From Mobula hypostoma (Eukaryota): a stretch of DNA of 64,000 nucleotides. Positions 10,235 to 22,920 of this stretch are shown here, in pieces (the first letter of the stretch is position 1; every line of letters begins with the position of its first letter). A model generated the notes under the pieces. That model was given only the letters and a program-made list of their open reading frames with translations. It was not told the origin of the DNA and ran no database searches. The translations under genes were made by a program, and so were the position numbers. Location of the stretch: positions 109,494,001-109,558,000 of the forward strand of contig NC_086108.1 of assembly GCF_963921235.1 (NCBI RefSeq), read 5' to 3'.

Positions 10235-10690
10235 GGAACGATTCTTCTCCATTGCCTCCTCCACTGCCATGATGAGGCCACACTCAGGCTGAAGGAGCAT
10301 CACCTTTTATTCCATCTGATTAGCCTTCCACCTGACACTATGGAGATCAATTTCTCCAACTTGGTAATTTCTGCGCCCCCCCCCTTTTTCATTTCCTATG
10401 CTACCTCCCCCTCACACCTTCTTTTCTCCTCACATGCCTATCACTTCCCTCTGATGCCCCTCCTCTTTTCCTTTCTCACATTCTCCTATCAGATTCCTCC
10501 TTCTTCAGCCTTTTACCTCTTCCACCAATCACCTCCCAGTTTCTCACTTCATCCCCCCCCCCACCTTCCCCCTCACCCAGTCTCACCTATCACCTGCCAG
10601 CTTGTATTCTTTCCCCCCAAACCCCACCCACTTATTCTGGCTTCCTCCCCCTTCCTTTCCAGGTCTGATGAAGGGTCTTGGCCCGAAAGG
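10235..10690 (+). mobile_element. Penelope-like element 3' end with truncated hammerhead
   Basis: GIY-YIG C-terminal remnant (HDEATLRLKEHHLLF), pyrimidine-rich pseudo-LTR, and CTGATGAAGGGTCTTGGCCCGAAA. Confidence 0.8.
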
Positions 10691-11498
10691 TGGTAGACAT
10701 GTGAGGAGAAGAGATGGCGTAAGAATGCAACCAGAATAGGGAATAGAAAACGAGAAAATGGGGAAGTATGAGAAATTTCTGGAAGTTGGATAAATCGATG
10801 TTCATGCAATTATGTTGGAGGCTACCCAAAATATGAGGAGCCATCATTTTGGGATGAGAATCTTCAGCTGGACTGGAAAGGAAGGCGGAAGACAGCAAAT
10901 TTAAAGAGATGAGAGGAAGGGGTGGATCAAGAGTTGATCGGTTGATTACGTGTGAGGAGTAGGGGAAGAGTGGGAATGATGCAAGAAGCTGGGATGTGAT
11001 AGGTGGATGTGACCAAGGCATGAATATGGTGGAATCTGATTGGATTATGGAATAAAGGGAGGGAAGAAGGGTTGGAGGGAGAGGAGAAGCAGTGGGAGGA
11101 GTGTGGTGATGATGGGAAGATGGAGAGGGTGGGAGAGAGGGAAGAGAGAAGTGGCAATGGGAACCGAGTATGTCAGAAGGAAGGTGGAAAATGTCAGATC
11201 ATCTCCAGAGCAGGCATGACCGGGTGACGGGGAAAAGACTGGATCTCATGTCTCAGGAGCTGGGTAAATACTACAGGTTGAAATCCCGGGATCACCACTC
11301 CTAGCTGTGGTGTTGGTAGAAGTATTTACACTGGAAACCAAACCAGTGGCAAACTAGAGATAGAATAGCATAGCAACTAGTGTAACATCTTACAGTGGCA
11401 GCGATTGAAGTTCAAATCCTGTCAGTGTCTATAATGAGTTTGTACATCTCCCTGTAACCATGTGGGTTTCCTCAGGATGATCCAGTTTCCAGGGTTCA

Positions 11499-11605
11499 GG
11501 GTGGCGGGGTGGAGATAGGTCTCTTCCAAAGGAGGTGTAAGGTGCTCTTTCCCTCTGCTAGCCTGCAGGTCACCCTTAGACAAGGTGTAGCACCTGCTTA
11601 GTCTT
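11499..11605 (+). mobile_element. 5' end of an RTE-tailed non-autonomous retroelement
   Basis: Matches the 5' ends of 16756-17140 and 21440-21745. Confidence 0.7.
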
Positions 11606-12120
11606 CCCCACACCACCACCCCACCCAATCCCCACCGCCGCCCCGATGGCTTGGCCTCCACAGCCGTCTGTGGCAATGAATTCCATAGATTCACCATCAT
11701 CTAGATAAAGGAATTCCCAGTTTTAAGGGACGTCCCTTTATTCTGAGGTTGTGCAATGGGATTCTGGACTCTACTACTGATGAAAACATCCTGTCACATC
11801 TGCTCTACTTTGGTAAATCTGCTACTTTAACTGATGTACTACACAAGAATACAATCTATGTAAATACAGTACTGTGCAAAAGTCCGAGACAGAAATGATC
11901 ATTGAAAGCTATCGAATATTGACAGTCCTCAACAGAGAGATTGTGGAGAAGATTATTATGGTGGAGGAGTCTAGAACCAGAGGACTCACCCTCAGAATAG
12001 AGGGGAATACTTTTAGAATGGAGGTGAGGAGGAATTTCTTTAGCCAGAGAGTGGTGAATCTAAGGAATTCGTTGCCGCAGGTGTCTGTGGAGGGTAACTC
12101 ATTGTGTATATTTAAGGACG

Positions 12121-12318
12121 CAAACACGAGGAAATCTGTAGATACTGGAAATTCAAGCAATACACACAAAAAATGCAGGCCAGGCAGCATCTATTGGAAG
12201 AGGTACAGTCGACGTTTCCTGCCAATGTGTCCTGACGAAGGGTCTCGGCCCGAAACGTCAACTGTACCTCTTCCTATAGATGCTGCCTGGCCTGCTGCGT
12301 TCACCAGCATTTTTTGTG
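12121..12318. mobile_element. Young Penelope fold-back insertion with 15-bp TSD
   Basis: TGTGTATATTTAAGG at 12103-12117 and 12319-12333. Inverted copy 12121-12218 is followed by a forward copy from 12229. Confidence 0.85.
12228..12263 (+). ncRNA. Minimal hammerhead motif with perfect core but weakened stem I
   Basis: CTGACGA-A-GGGTCTCGGCCC-GAAA-CGTC. The 3' strand of stem I is mutated to AACT. Confidence 0.55.
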
Positions 12319-13224
12319 TGTGTATATTTAAGGCAGAGGTTGATAGATTCTTGATTGGTCAGGGCATGAAGGGATATGAGGGAAAGGCAGGAGACTGGGG
12401 CCGAGAAGAAAAATGGATCAGCCATGATGAAAGGAGAAAACAGACTCGATAGGCTAAATAGCTTATGGTCTTCTGGTCTTATATATAGCTAGGATGCCTA
12501 AGACATTTGCACAGTACTGTACTTGTCATTGGAGGGGAGAACAAGTTTGTTAATCTGGTAGAAGTGATGGTGGAGTGCCGCGGGAGGGGTGTGGGACAGG
12601 TGACAGAGAAGGATTTCCCAGGGCTGGAGAGGTTCATGATGTGGGCGCAGGCATACTCTGCCCTGAGACACCAGGCAAGCTCATTTGATTCCTAACAATT
12701 GATTTATTGATCATTACAATGTCTCTGTGGTGCTTCCCGACCCCTCCCCTCTCCCTCCCCCTTTTCCCAACCATGATTCCCCGCTCCCTGCCCCCTTCCC
12801 ACTCCCACTCCACAATAGAGACCCATATCTGAATCAGGTTTATCATTACTCACATACGTCACCAAATATCTTAGAACGCTAGCTATATTTTTGTACCCAA
12901 GACTTTTGCAGAGTACTGTATAATAATAATAATATTAATAAATAAATAATACTGACAAAATGAGTTGTAGAGTCTTTGAAAATGAGTCCATAGGTTGTGG
13001 AATCAGTTCAGTGTTGAGGTGAGTGAAGTTATCCACACTGGTTGAGGAGCCTGGTGGTTCAAGGGTAATAACTGTTCCTGAACCTGGTGGTGTGGGTCCT
13101 GAGGCTCCTGTAACTGCTTCCTGATGGCAGCAGTGAGAAGAGATCACAGCCTGGGTGGTGGATGATGGAGGGAGAATGCAGCCTTCTTTCAAGTGTTTAA
13201 TGCCATTTCTCGTGTACAAGCGCA

Positions 13225-13530
13225 AAGGAGCTGGAATGACTAGCACAAGAGGACACAGGTTTAAGGTGCTTGGAAGTAGGTACAGAGGAGATGTCAGGGG
13301 TAAGTTTTTTCACACAGAGAGTGGTGAGTGTGTGGAATGGGCTGCCGGCGGTGGTAGTGGAGGCGGATACGATAGGGTCTTTTAAGAGACTCCTGGACAG
13401 GTACATGGAACTTAGAAAAATAGAGGGCTATGGGTAACCCTGGGTAATTTCTAAGGTAAGGACATGTTCGGCACAGCTTTGTGGGCCGAAGGGCCTGTAT
13501 TGTGCTGTAGGTTTTCTATGTTTCTGTGTA
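13225..13530 (+). mobile_element. CR1 3' end (second subfamily)
   Basis: TRGHRFKVLGSRYRGDVRGKFF; tail TTCTATGTTTCT. Confidence 0.85.
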
Positions 13531-14364
13531 TCTAAAACAAAGTAATCATTACTCCAGATCTGATGCAGCACAAAAAAACACAACAGGTTAAAGAACTCAA
13601 TAATTATAAAAACACAATAAATATAACTACATAACATATCCTATATACATTGATTGATATATTACCCAGATGCTGGCATTTATCATACTAATTCTTGGCA
13701 GAATTACGGTTTGGCGTGGACTAGAAGGGCTGAGGCACCTAATTCAGTGCTGTACTGCTCTGTGACTCTGACAATCCTCGTACGCAGTGTGATTGAGATC
13801 TCACTAATCACGGGGTAAAGTGTGGAATGTATTTAAGTGTCCAACAGAGTCATCGTGCAGCACACAGAAATGTGACTGAGTTCATGCAGTCTGTCAAAAG
13901 AGTTCCAGTTCTTGCTGTAATGATGGGATTTTTTTTCTCATTGAATGTTCTCAAAGAAATGTCTTAAATTACATTTTCAATCTGTCAGAGATATTGTTAT
14001 TAATATGACAGCACTCTGCATGAAGCCTCATCAGGCTTCTGTTTTCCAAAAAAAAAGATTCAGCCTATTTAAACTTAATGGGAAAATATATTCTAAGTTA
14101 TTCAGGAGTGACCATGCTACAATACCAAGGTTTATGTAATGCAAAGTTTGAATGGCTGAGTGCTTTCTAATTATTTTACTTGGCTCTGAGGATGTTCTGC
14201 GATAACTATGTTATTTTAAGGACTTTTTTTTGTGGACATCTCTTTTTATTCTCCGTCTATGCTCTGAACACTCACGGTGTCTGCTCTCTCTCCAAGTGCC
14301 TGTCTGTCTCTCCTTTGCAATGACTTTGTACCCATTTCAAGGACTCCAGCAAATTTCTACAGAT

Positions 14365-14385
14365 GTAAACACAAGAGAGTCTGCA

Positions 14386-14438
<53 letters not shown>

Positions 14439-14990
14439 ACACACACAATACTGGCGGAACTCAGCAGGTCAGGCGGCATCTATGGAAATGAATAAACAGT
14501 TGATGTTTTGCACCGAGACCCTTCATCAGGACAGGCAAGGAACAGGGAAGATGCCCGAATAAGAGGGATAGGTGAGGGGAAGGAGTAGACATAGGTGATA
14601 GGTGAAGCCAGGTGGCTGGTAGAGGGGGATGAAGTAAGGAGCAGGAGGGCGATAGCTGAAAAAGGTAAAGTCCTGGAGAGACAGAATCCTATAGAAGAGA
14701 ACAGTGGACCATAGGAGAAAGGGAAGGAGGAGGGGCACTAGAGCGAGGTGAGGAGAGGGAGAGAGGTAAGAGGGGAGCCAGAGTGGGGAATGGAAAGAGA
14801 GAAGAGGGAGAAGGGAATGATTACCAGAAGTTAGAGAAATTGACGTTCGTGCATCAAGTCGGATGCTATCCAGAAGCAATCAGAGGTGTTGCTCCTCCAT
14901 CCTGAGAGTGTCCTCAATGTGGCAATAGAGGTGGCCATGGACTGACAGGTAGAAATTTAAATGGTTGGCCATCAGTGAATCCTGCTTTTT
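14365..14990 (-). mobile_element. Penelope-like 3' end containing a (CA)n expansion
   Basis: Minus-strand pseudo-LTR with a degenerate hammerhead (14497-14532) and LRMEEQHL. Confidence 0.8.
14386..14447. repeat. (CA)n microsatellite
   Basis: About 30 CA units, grown from the element's ACACAC tract. Confidence 0.95.
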
Positions 14991-15444
14991 ATAGATGGAG
15001 TGAAGGTCCTGCATTTTCTGGGTGGAATGAAGGGTGTACCGTGGACAGCATTCTGATGGTTGCATTACCATCTGGCATGAAGGCTCCAAAGTCCAGAATT
15101 GGAAAAAGCTGTTAAAAACTCAGGTAGCTTCATCTCAAACAGCCTCCCAACCATTAAGGATTGCTTGGATGACTGTTTACCAGAAAATGTGTGACAAACA
15201 AAATGTTTCGTTGTTTTTCTTGTTTCGTTGGCCACCAGCCACCAGCACCATCTTAAACTGAAACCATAGATGCTGCTCAACTCCCTGACTTCCTCCAGTA
15301 GTTCGGCTTTTTGTTACAGTTTCTTGCATCTGTAGTCTCTTGTGTCTCCTGGAACGTCACCACAAAATGGGTTCCACTGTGAATGATGTGAACTGTTCAC
15401 TCCTAGTCTCTGCTTCCAGCTAGCAAGCAGTTCAGTTTCGCGCC

Positions 15445-16210
15445 ATCCCCCTCCATACCGGGCCTCCAACAGTCCTTTCATGTGAGGAAACACTTCACTT
15501 TCCAATCTCTTGGGGTCATCTACTGTATCCAGTGCTCCCAATGAGGCCTACTTGACACTGCTGAGATCTGAAGTAAATTGACAGACCACTTTGTCAAGCA
15601 CCTCAGCTCCATCTGCAGAAAGCAGAATTTCCCTGTGGTCAACCAAGTTAAATCCAATCCCTATTCCTGTTCCAACATGTTGATATATGGCTCCCCCATC
15701 AGCGATGATGAGGCCACTTTCAAGTTGGAGGAACAATACCTTATATTCCGCCTGAGTAGCCTCCAACCTGATGGCATGCACATTGATTTCTCCAGCTTCT
15801 AGTAATTTCACCTCCCCCCCTCATCATTCCCTCTTCTTCAGTTCCCCACTCGAGTACCCCTCTTACCTCTTCTTCTAACTTGCCCCTCCTCCTTTCCTTC
15901 CTCCTATGGTCCACTCTCTTTACCTTTTCCACCTATCGCTTCCCAGATTCAACTTCATCCCGCCTCCCCCCCCCCACCTGGCTTCACCTATCATGTTCTA
16001 GCTTGTGCTCCTTCCTCTTCCCCCCACCCCCCACCCCCTTCTTCTTGTTCTGGCATTATACTCCTTCATTTCCAGTCCTGGTGAAGGGTCTTGGCCTAAA
16101 ATATCGACTCTTTATTCCTCTCCAACGATTATGCCTGATCTGTTAAGTTCCTACAGCATTTTGTGTGCGTTGCTCTGCATTTCCAGCATATGCTGAATCC
16201 CTTGTGTTTA
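15445..16210 (+). mobile_element. Penelope-like element: GIY-YIG remnant plus pseudo-LTR
   Basis: GVIYCIQCSQ and DEATFKLEEQYLIFRLSSLQPDGMHIDFS; degenerate hammerhead at about 16073-16109. Confidence 0.85.
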
Positions 16211-16496
16211 TATTCAGCTTATTACCCTCTGCCTCTGCATCCCCAAACATTCTTTATTAGACTCATATACAGTATTTTATCAAAGGCCTTTTAAAAGTCT
16301 GGATAACTTACATTGATTGTGTCCCCATTATCTGCTCTCTTGTTTAACCCCTCATATCTTTCAAGCATAATACTTCCTTTTGAAATCCATGCTAAATATT
16401 TATTAGTAGAGGCTTGTTTATGCTTTGTTCTACCTTGTACCTTTGGTCAAAATATTTTTCATTAACCGCACAGCCTTTGGAACATCCTGCCGAATA

Positions 16497-17412
16497 CACA
16501 CAACAGCCACTTTATTGGGTACATCTATACATCTACCTGTTAATACTAATATCTAATCAGCTAGTCAATGCATAAAAGCATGCACATACAGTCAAGAGGT
16601 TCAGTTGTTGTTCAGACCAAACATCAGAATGGGGAAGAAATGCAATCTAAATGATTTTGATTGTGGAATGATTGTTGGTGCCAGACAGGGTAGTTTGAGT
16701 ATCTCAGGAACTGATGATCTCCTGGGATTTGCACACACAGTAGTCTCTAGACTTTGGGTGGCAGGGTAGCGATACATCTCTATCTATGAAGGTGTAAGGT
16801 GCTTCTTCCCTCTGGTAGTCCGCAGGTCACCCTTGGACAAGGCGTAGCACCTGTTTAGCCCCCAGGCAGGGTCACATGAAGCCATGGGAGCAGGTGATGG
16901 ATGGTTGTATGAGCGGCTGGTGTATAACAAGTCCTAGTTATGTGATCACTGACGCCAGGCAGACAATCTCTGAAGAGTATTAATAATGGCTGGGGTCACG
17001 CGTCTTGTAAAGACATTGCCCAAAAGAAGGTAATGGAAAATCACTTCTGCAGAAGAATTTTCCAAGAACAATCATGGTCACAGAAAGACCATGATCACCC
17101 ATGTCATACGACATGGTATAGAATGAAAGAACGAACCGAAAGAGCTTACAAAGAATGAAGCAAAAAAATAAAAACATCCAGTGAGCAGCAGTTTTGTGAA
17201 TAAAAATGCCTTGTTAATGAGAAAGATCAGAGGAGAATGGCCAGACTGGTTCAAGCTGAGAGGAAGGCAACAGTAACTCAAATAACCACGCGTTACAAAA
17301 GTGGTGTGTAGAAGAGCATCTCTGAATGCACAACATGTTGAACCTTGAAGTGGATGGGCTACAGCAGCAGAAGACCATGAACATACACTCAATGGTCACT
17401 TTATTAGGTACA
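16497..17412 (+). mobile_element. Non-autonomous Tc1-like element interrupted by an RTE-tailed element
   Basis: GCCACTTTATTGGGTACA start, MGKKC HTH remnant, and CACTCAATGGTCACTTTATTAGGTACA. Confidence 0.75.
16756..17140 (+). mobile_element. RTE-tailed non-autonomous retroelement (apparently complete)
   Basis: Structured 5' end; 3' motif AGAAGGTAATGGAAAATCACTTC resembling the Bov-B/RTE 3' end; (GAAC/GAAA)n tail. Confidence 0.7.
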
Positions 17413-19054
17413 GAAGATAACAAATAAAGTGATTGACAACTACGTGTATAGAGAGAAAATAACATCTGCTTCCTTTTATTGGTTGGAACCTTTCTGCTTG
17501 CCAATCAGGTTTAAGAATGGTGAAGTAAAATAACCAATGGGGAGAATTTGAAGGAAACAAGACAATTATATTATTCTTACTGTCATAATACAAGAGCCAG
17601 CGTAATCAAAAAGCCTACCCACCCTGGACACTCCCTCTCTCATCGGGCAGATGATAGCAAAGCCTGAAAACATCAGGCTCAAAGACAACTTCTACCTCAT
17701 TGTTATAAGATTATGAAATGGTGCCCTAGTACAAAAAGATTAGAGATTGTGTTTTATGGGGATAGGTTGAGTGAGCTAGTGCTTTCTCTTTGAATGAGAT
17801 GTGACTTAATAAAGGTGTATAAGATGTCTGGATCACCAGAGACTTTTTCCCAGGGTAGGAATGACATCACAATTCATCCCATCATGGTCTTGCACCACCT
17901 TCTCTGCAATACTTCAATCCACATTCAGTTATGCTTTTCCTTTGTACTACCTCAATGTACCGATGTGATGAAACGATCCGTATAGACGGCATGCAAAACA
18001 ACATTTTTCACTCCATCTCAGCATGTGAGACATCAATAAACCTGTGATGGAGGCCTCTTGATAAACGCACTTCTCACACTCACAGACAAATGTCGCCTTG
18101 TCATCCTGCTGTCATTGTGCCAAGTATACACACTTCAATGTCTTCCCTGATATTGTGTCCTAAACCAAGCTGATGTGGCCAGATTGGCTTTACGGTACCC
18201 TCCTCAGCATGCACTGTGGAATAGTCCATTTCGTTAGTAATGGGATATGTAAATGCCTATATGTTGTTTGAATACTGTACTTAAGGTAGATACTTCTTTA
18301 TTTTATAATATGATTGTAACTACATTGTGGAGTGCATCATATTCTAATTCATGTGTTGTCTCACGTTAAATTTGTGGGTACTTAAAGATGGTACCTGGTA
18401 TCTAATGAACAGGGCTCATTGCTTTCAGTGTGAGGGAGAGATTGGGGCTGCCAGGAGTTCACACTGGTCAAAGAGTATGGAGCTATATTTGTGTTTTCTG
18501 GTCAATATCTTTTTGCAAATATTGACAGTTTTCTTTTCATTATTTTTGCTAACTTTTGTAAGTTTGATCTTTACTGCACCTAATAAGCACACTTGCACTG
18601 AAGTGCTGAGCGACTCCAGCCATTTTTTTTTTGGGTCATAACTCACATAGCTAACAAACCAATTTTCTAATTTCCCAAGTAGGTTATGAAAAATCAACTA
18701 AAATATGGATTAAAGTGGGAGCATAGAGAAAATAATAAAAACTTATTTTTTTCAAAATCAGTAATGTGCAGGAATCACGCAGGGATGTGATTGAACAGTT
18801 TAATTTGACATTTCTTGACCCACAGAGGTTTATGGGTGTTGTATCAACTATTATTACATTTTTTGGAAAGATACTTAAACAATTGAAAATGAACCTAGAT
18901 TCTGTGAAGAGCTTAATATGCAATTAATATGCAAATTCAGCAAGTTTCTGAAGTAAGTGCAAGGTTTCATATCTGTGAAGTTAATTTTGAAGCTAGATAA
19001 ACTTACCAGCAATGTCTGGAGCTTTGTAACTCATGTTATACTGCTGAAATAAGG

Positions 19055-19730
19055 GACAAGAGCAGAATTAGGCCATTCAGCCCATCAAGTCTATTCTGCC
19101 ATTCTATAAGACTATAAGATTTAAGAGCCGAATTAGGCCATCTTGCCCATTATGTCTGCTCCACTATTCAATCATTTATTATCCTTCTCAACCTCCTTCT
19201 CCTGCCTTCTCTCATATTCTTTGACACCCTTACTAATCAAGAACCTATCAACCTAAGTTTTAAATATACCTGATGACTTGGCCTCCACAGCTATCTCTGC
19301 AATGAATTCTACAGATTCACAACCCGCTGGCTAAAGAAATTCCTCCCAATCTCTGTTCTAAAGGGACATTCTTCTATTCTGAGGCTGTGCCCTCTGGTCC
19401 TAGACTTCCCGCACTATAGGAAATGCCTTCTCCACATCCACTCTATCTTGTCCTTTCAATATTCAATAGGATTAACTGAGATCCCCCTCATCCTTCTAAA
19501 ATCCAGCAAATATAATAGAAAACCTACAACACAAAACAGGTCCTTCGGCCCGCAAATCTATAGGCCCAGTCCCATCAATTTCTGCTCATCCATTAACCTT
19601 TCATTCCCAGGATTATTCTCATAAACCACCTCTGGACCCTCTCCAATGCCAGCACATCTTTTCTTAGATGATGGGCCCAATCCTGCTCACAGTACTCCAA
19701 GTGTGGCCTGACCAATGCCTTATCAAGCCT
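19055..19730 (-). mobile_element. CR1 3' fragment with a duplicated 3' UTR
   Basis: Reverse complement of CR1 ORF2 C-terminus; AGAGC(A/C)GAATTAGGCCAT occurs twice. Confidence 0.8.
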
Positions 19731-21439
19731 CGTTTAAGTGTTAAATTAAGTTATTATTAAGGGAATTAAGTGTTGCAAGGAAGCCTGTTGGTGCTATGCG
19801 AAGCTCCATCACATTGGATCTTGCAGAATACAGGGGTAACGGTAGGATTCTTAGCAGAGTGGAGGAACAAAGGAACCTTGGGGTCCACGTCCGTGGATTT
19901 CTCAAAATTGCTGTGCAAGTTGATAGGATGGTTAAGAAGGTGAATGGTGTTTTGGTCTTCATTTGTCAGGGGTTGAGTTCAAGAGGCATGAGGTAATGTT
20001 GCAGTTCTGGCTATGTAGGAGGGAAAGATTAGAATGATATTACTAACTCAAAAGTGCCAACACAAAACTGTGGGCCGAAGGGCCTGTACTGTGCTATTGT
20101 GTTCTCTGTTCCATGTTCCTAATACTTGTATGCTGATCCTGATTCTATTCTTGACCCTGAGGATACTCCTTAAGAAGAAGAAGGCTGTGGGATACTCCTG
20201 GGCAAACCTTGTCATTGCTGCCATCAAGGAAGAGCTACAGGAGCCTGAAGGCCCACACTCAATGTTTCAGGAACAGCTTCTTGCCCTCTGCCATTAGATT
20301 TCTGAAAGGTCCATGAATCTATGAACACTACCTCATTATTCCTCTTTTACACTATTTATTAGTTTTTTTATCTTAAGACTATAAGATATAAGAGCAGAAT
20401 TAGGCCATTTCGTCATGGCTGATCCATTTCCCCCTCAGGTCTAATCTCCTGCCTTCTCCCCGTATCCCTTCATGCCCGGTTAATCAAGAATCTATCAACC
20501 TCTAACTTAAATATACCCAAAGACTTGGCTTCGACAGCCACCTTTGGCAATGAAGTCCACAGATTCACTACCTTCTGGCTAAAGAAATTCCTCCTCAAAG
20601 GTTTCAAAGGTGCGTTTATCGTCAGAGAAATGTATACAATATACATCCTGAAATGCTTTTTCTTTGCATCTCTATTCTAAAATAACGCCCCTCTATAATG
20701 AGGCTGTGTCCTCTGGTCTTAGACTCTCCCACCATAGGAAACATCCTCTCCACATCCACTCTGTCACGGAATTTCAACATTCAATACTATAATTACTTAT
20801 AGAAATTCTTATTGTAACTAACAGTATATTTTATGTACTGCAATATACTGCTGCCACAAAACAACAAATTTCACGACATACAGTATGTCAGTGATAGTAA
20901 ATATGGATCTATGACACTAAAATGACTCAAGCTTAATTTAGGAAACTGGTAAGGAAGGTGACTTGTTAGTGATTAAAAATCTGAAGCCAGAAGATGTTAA
21001 CAAAATAATTACTTATTTTAATCACAGAATGTGGAGATTAAATCAATATGCAAATAAACAGCCAAACTAGATCTAATTGTTTACAATACTTGCACTTAAA
21101 TCCTGTAATAGATAATTTGCTGGGTTGTTGCTTACAAAATCCATCGTACGGATGGTGGAAATTTTTAATTACTAGTACCTAAATGTCCTATTGGCTGAAA
21201 ATATATTTCTAGATGTTTGAAATGAAGATCTAAATGAAGCTCTGAAGATGTTTCAATAAAGCTCTAAAAACATTATGAATTCAATATTTACTGCTTAGTG
21301 GTTCTAGCATATTAAATACAAAATAGGGAAGATGCACATGTTAATTTTATGAGCCTTCCCTGTTTTAATTTGAGCCATCCCTTTAATCCTTTGAAACAAG
21401 ATTCTTGTATTCAGTGACAGCTTGATGGGACTCATTCAT

Positions 21440-21745
21440 TCATTGCGTGCCATGTGGGCAATCATGGTTTTTCCATGACCACAATAGTTCTTGGCAGATT
21501 TTTCAACAGAACTGATTTGCCATTGCTTACTTCTGGGCAGTGTCTTTACAAGATGGGTGACCTCAGCTACTATCAGTATTCTTCAGAGATTGTCTGCCTG
21601 GTGTCAGTGGTCATGAAATCAGCATGGGGTGGGGGTGGGTACTAAGCAGAGCTACACCTTGGCCAGGGGTGACCTGCTGGCTAGCAGAGTTAAGAAGCGC
21701 CTTACACCTCCTTTGGTAGAGACGTATATCCATCCTGCTACCTGA
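21440..21745 (-). mobile_element. RTE-tailed non-autonomous retroelement
   Basis: Reverse complement of the 16756-17140 family. Confidence 0.7.
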
Positions 21746-21839
21746 GTAGGGCAGTTTAAGTGGTTCATCACAGACTAGGTGGGCTGAAGGGCCTGTTTCT
21801 GTGCTGCAATTTTCTACAACTCTGTGATTCTATGACTTC

Positions 21840-22350
21840 AGTCTAAGGAAGGATATGCTGATATTGGAGAGGGTCCAGAGGAGGTTCACAAGAATAATCC
21901 TGGAAATGAAAGGGTTAACATGGAGCGTTTGATGGCTCTGGGCCTGTAGTCACTGGAGTTTAGAAGAATCAGGAGAGATTGTACTAAACTTATCGAATAT
22001 CGCAAGGCCTAGATAGCGTGGATGTGGAGAGGATATTTCCATCAATGCAGGGGCAGGGGCTTAGGAACCAGAGGTCACAGCCTCAATTGAATGATATCCC
22101 TTGAGAACTGAATCTCTTCAGCCAGAGGGTGGTGAGTCTGTGGAATTCATTGCCACAGGTTCCTGTGGAGGCCACGTCATTGGGTATACTTAAAGCTGAG
22201 GTTGATAGGCTCTTGATTAGTCAGGGTGTCAAAGGTTATGGGGAAAAGACAGGAGAATGAGGTTGAGAGGGATAATAAATAAGTCATGATGGAATAGCAG
22301 AGCTGACTGGATGGGCTGAATGGACTAATTCTGCTCTTTCATCTTATGGC
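21840..22350 (+). mobile_element. CR1 3' end
   Basis: CTAAGGAAGGAT...GGAGAGGGTCCAGAGGAGGTTCAC through the 3' UTR. Confidence 0.8.
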
Positions 22351-22499
22351 CTACTGGTCTGTGGACTTAAAAGTTATAGAAACATCAACCTGTATTTCTG
22401 AAGTACCTGTTACTTCCTTTTTGTGCTGATTCAAAGTGCTTAATATTCAATGAATTTTGAATTAAGGTATGGTTATACTTACCAGATTGGCGATGCAGA

Positions 22500-22920
22500 T
22501 TAACAGATATACTGGACGCAGACAAAAGCAACACACACAAAGTACTGGAGGAAATCAGCAGGTCAGGCAGCATCTATGGAAATGAATAAACAGTCAGCAT
22601 TTCAGGGCGACACCCTTCTTCAGGACTGGAAAGGAAGGGGGAAGGTGCTGGAACAAAAAGGATGGGGAGAGGGGAAAGAGGACAGCTGGAAGGTGTCAGG
22701 TAAAGCCAGGTGGATTGGAAAGATAAGGGGTTGGAGAGGAAGGAACTAGTTAGGAGAGGAGAGTAAGGGAAGCAGGAGGGGACCCAGGAAGTGAAAGGTA
22801 GCTGAGAAGAGGTAAGAGGTCAGTGTGGTGAATAGAAGGAGGAGGGAGGGGGTAGGAAATTTTTTCACTGGAAGGAGAAATTGATATTCATGCTACCAAG
22901 TTTGAGGCTACCCAGAGCAA
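22500..22920 (-). mobile_element. Penelope pseudo-LTR fragment
   Basis: Degenerate hammerhead at 22591-22628 and a purine-rich tract. Confidence 0.75.

Larger units (their letters stand above)
11895..12480 (+). mobile_element. CR1 3' end
   Basis: EESRTRG..LRIEG..RRNFFSQRVVNL and a CR1 3' UTR. Confidence 0.85.
11867..12918. mobile_element. Tc1/mariner-type MITE hosting nested CR1 and Penelope insertions
   Basis: TA-CAGTACTGTGCAAAAGTC ... GACTTTTGCAGAGTACTG-TA, with an extra internal TIR copy at about 12500-12518. Confidence 0.7.

Noticed and set aside
16841..16912. Twister ribozyme (TAG-CACCTG...GGTCAC..AAGCC...CAGGTG)
   Set aside because: Loop 4 is too long and the T1 pseudoknot does not pair as in the consensus; kept only as a structured-RNA lead.
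18084..18213. Minus-strand AG...GTGAGT-bounded coding exon
   Set aside because: All three frames contain stops; a non-coding exon cannot be supported from sequence alone.
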